Origin: Stramenopiles sp. TOSAG23-3
Taxonomy: Eukaryota
Direction of reading: 5' to 3'
Assembly: GCA_900128585.1 (NCBI GenBank)
Contig: LT642186.1
Location: 1-38,965 of the forward strand
Length of the DNA: 38,965 bases
A model generated the notes under the pieces. That model had not been told where the DNA came from. It worked only from the letters and a program-made list of their open reading frames with translations, and did not search any database. The translations under genes were made by a program, and so were the position numbers. Positions 38,893-38,965 of the stretch are shown in pieces; position 1 is the stretch's first letter, and every line of letters begins with the position of its first letter.

Positions 38893-38965
38893 TACCAAGG
38901 GTAGTTCAATATTAATTAATAAATAATACGATGGAAAATAAATTGAGAATCCTTCTTGTTTCTCT
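38893..38965 (+). repeat. 73-bp exact dispersed repeat, copy 2 (runs off the window end)
   Basis: Identical to 22475-22547, same orientation. Confidence 0.95.

Overview
Eukaryotic genomic DNA: compact and apparently intron-free, with GC-moderate coding regions separated by very AT-rich spacers. The protein content suggests a heterotrophic, probably flagellated protist such as a stramenopile; this is an inference. Twelve protein-coding genes are supported: a 5'-truncated Tudor-like plus EF-hand-repeat protein, a large CH/helical-repeat/EF-hand/coiled-coil protein, a stand-alone secreted granulin, a Vac8-like ARM protein, MPDU1, a COG0523/CobW GTPase, a cNMP-binding plus pseudo-receiver protein, a head-to-head ALDH16-type aldehyde dehydrogenase / DERA pair, a TPR plus poly-IQ protein, prohibitin-2, and ClpB/Hsp104. 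A thirteenth gene is the main highlight: a single-ORF fusion of cysteine desulfurase, TtcA-type tRNA thiolase and nucleoredoxin-type thioredoxin, a possible self-contained eukaryotic tRNA C32-thiolation machine. Other highlights are the divergent DERA-ALDH16 pair (a likely deoxyribose-catabolism mini-cluster), an LRR-like segment in frame just after the CobW TGA, and a 73-bp exact copy of DERA-upstream DNA at the window end. No rRNA, tRNA, CRISPR or transposase was recognised.
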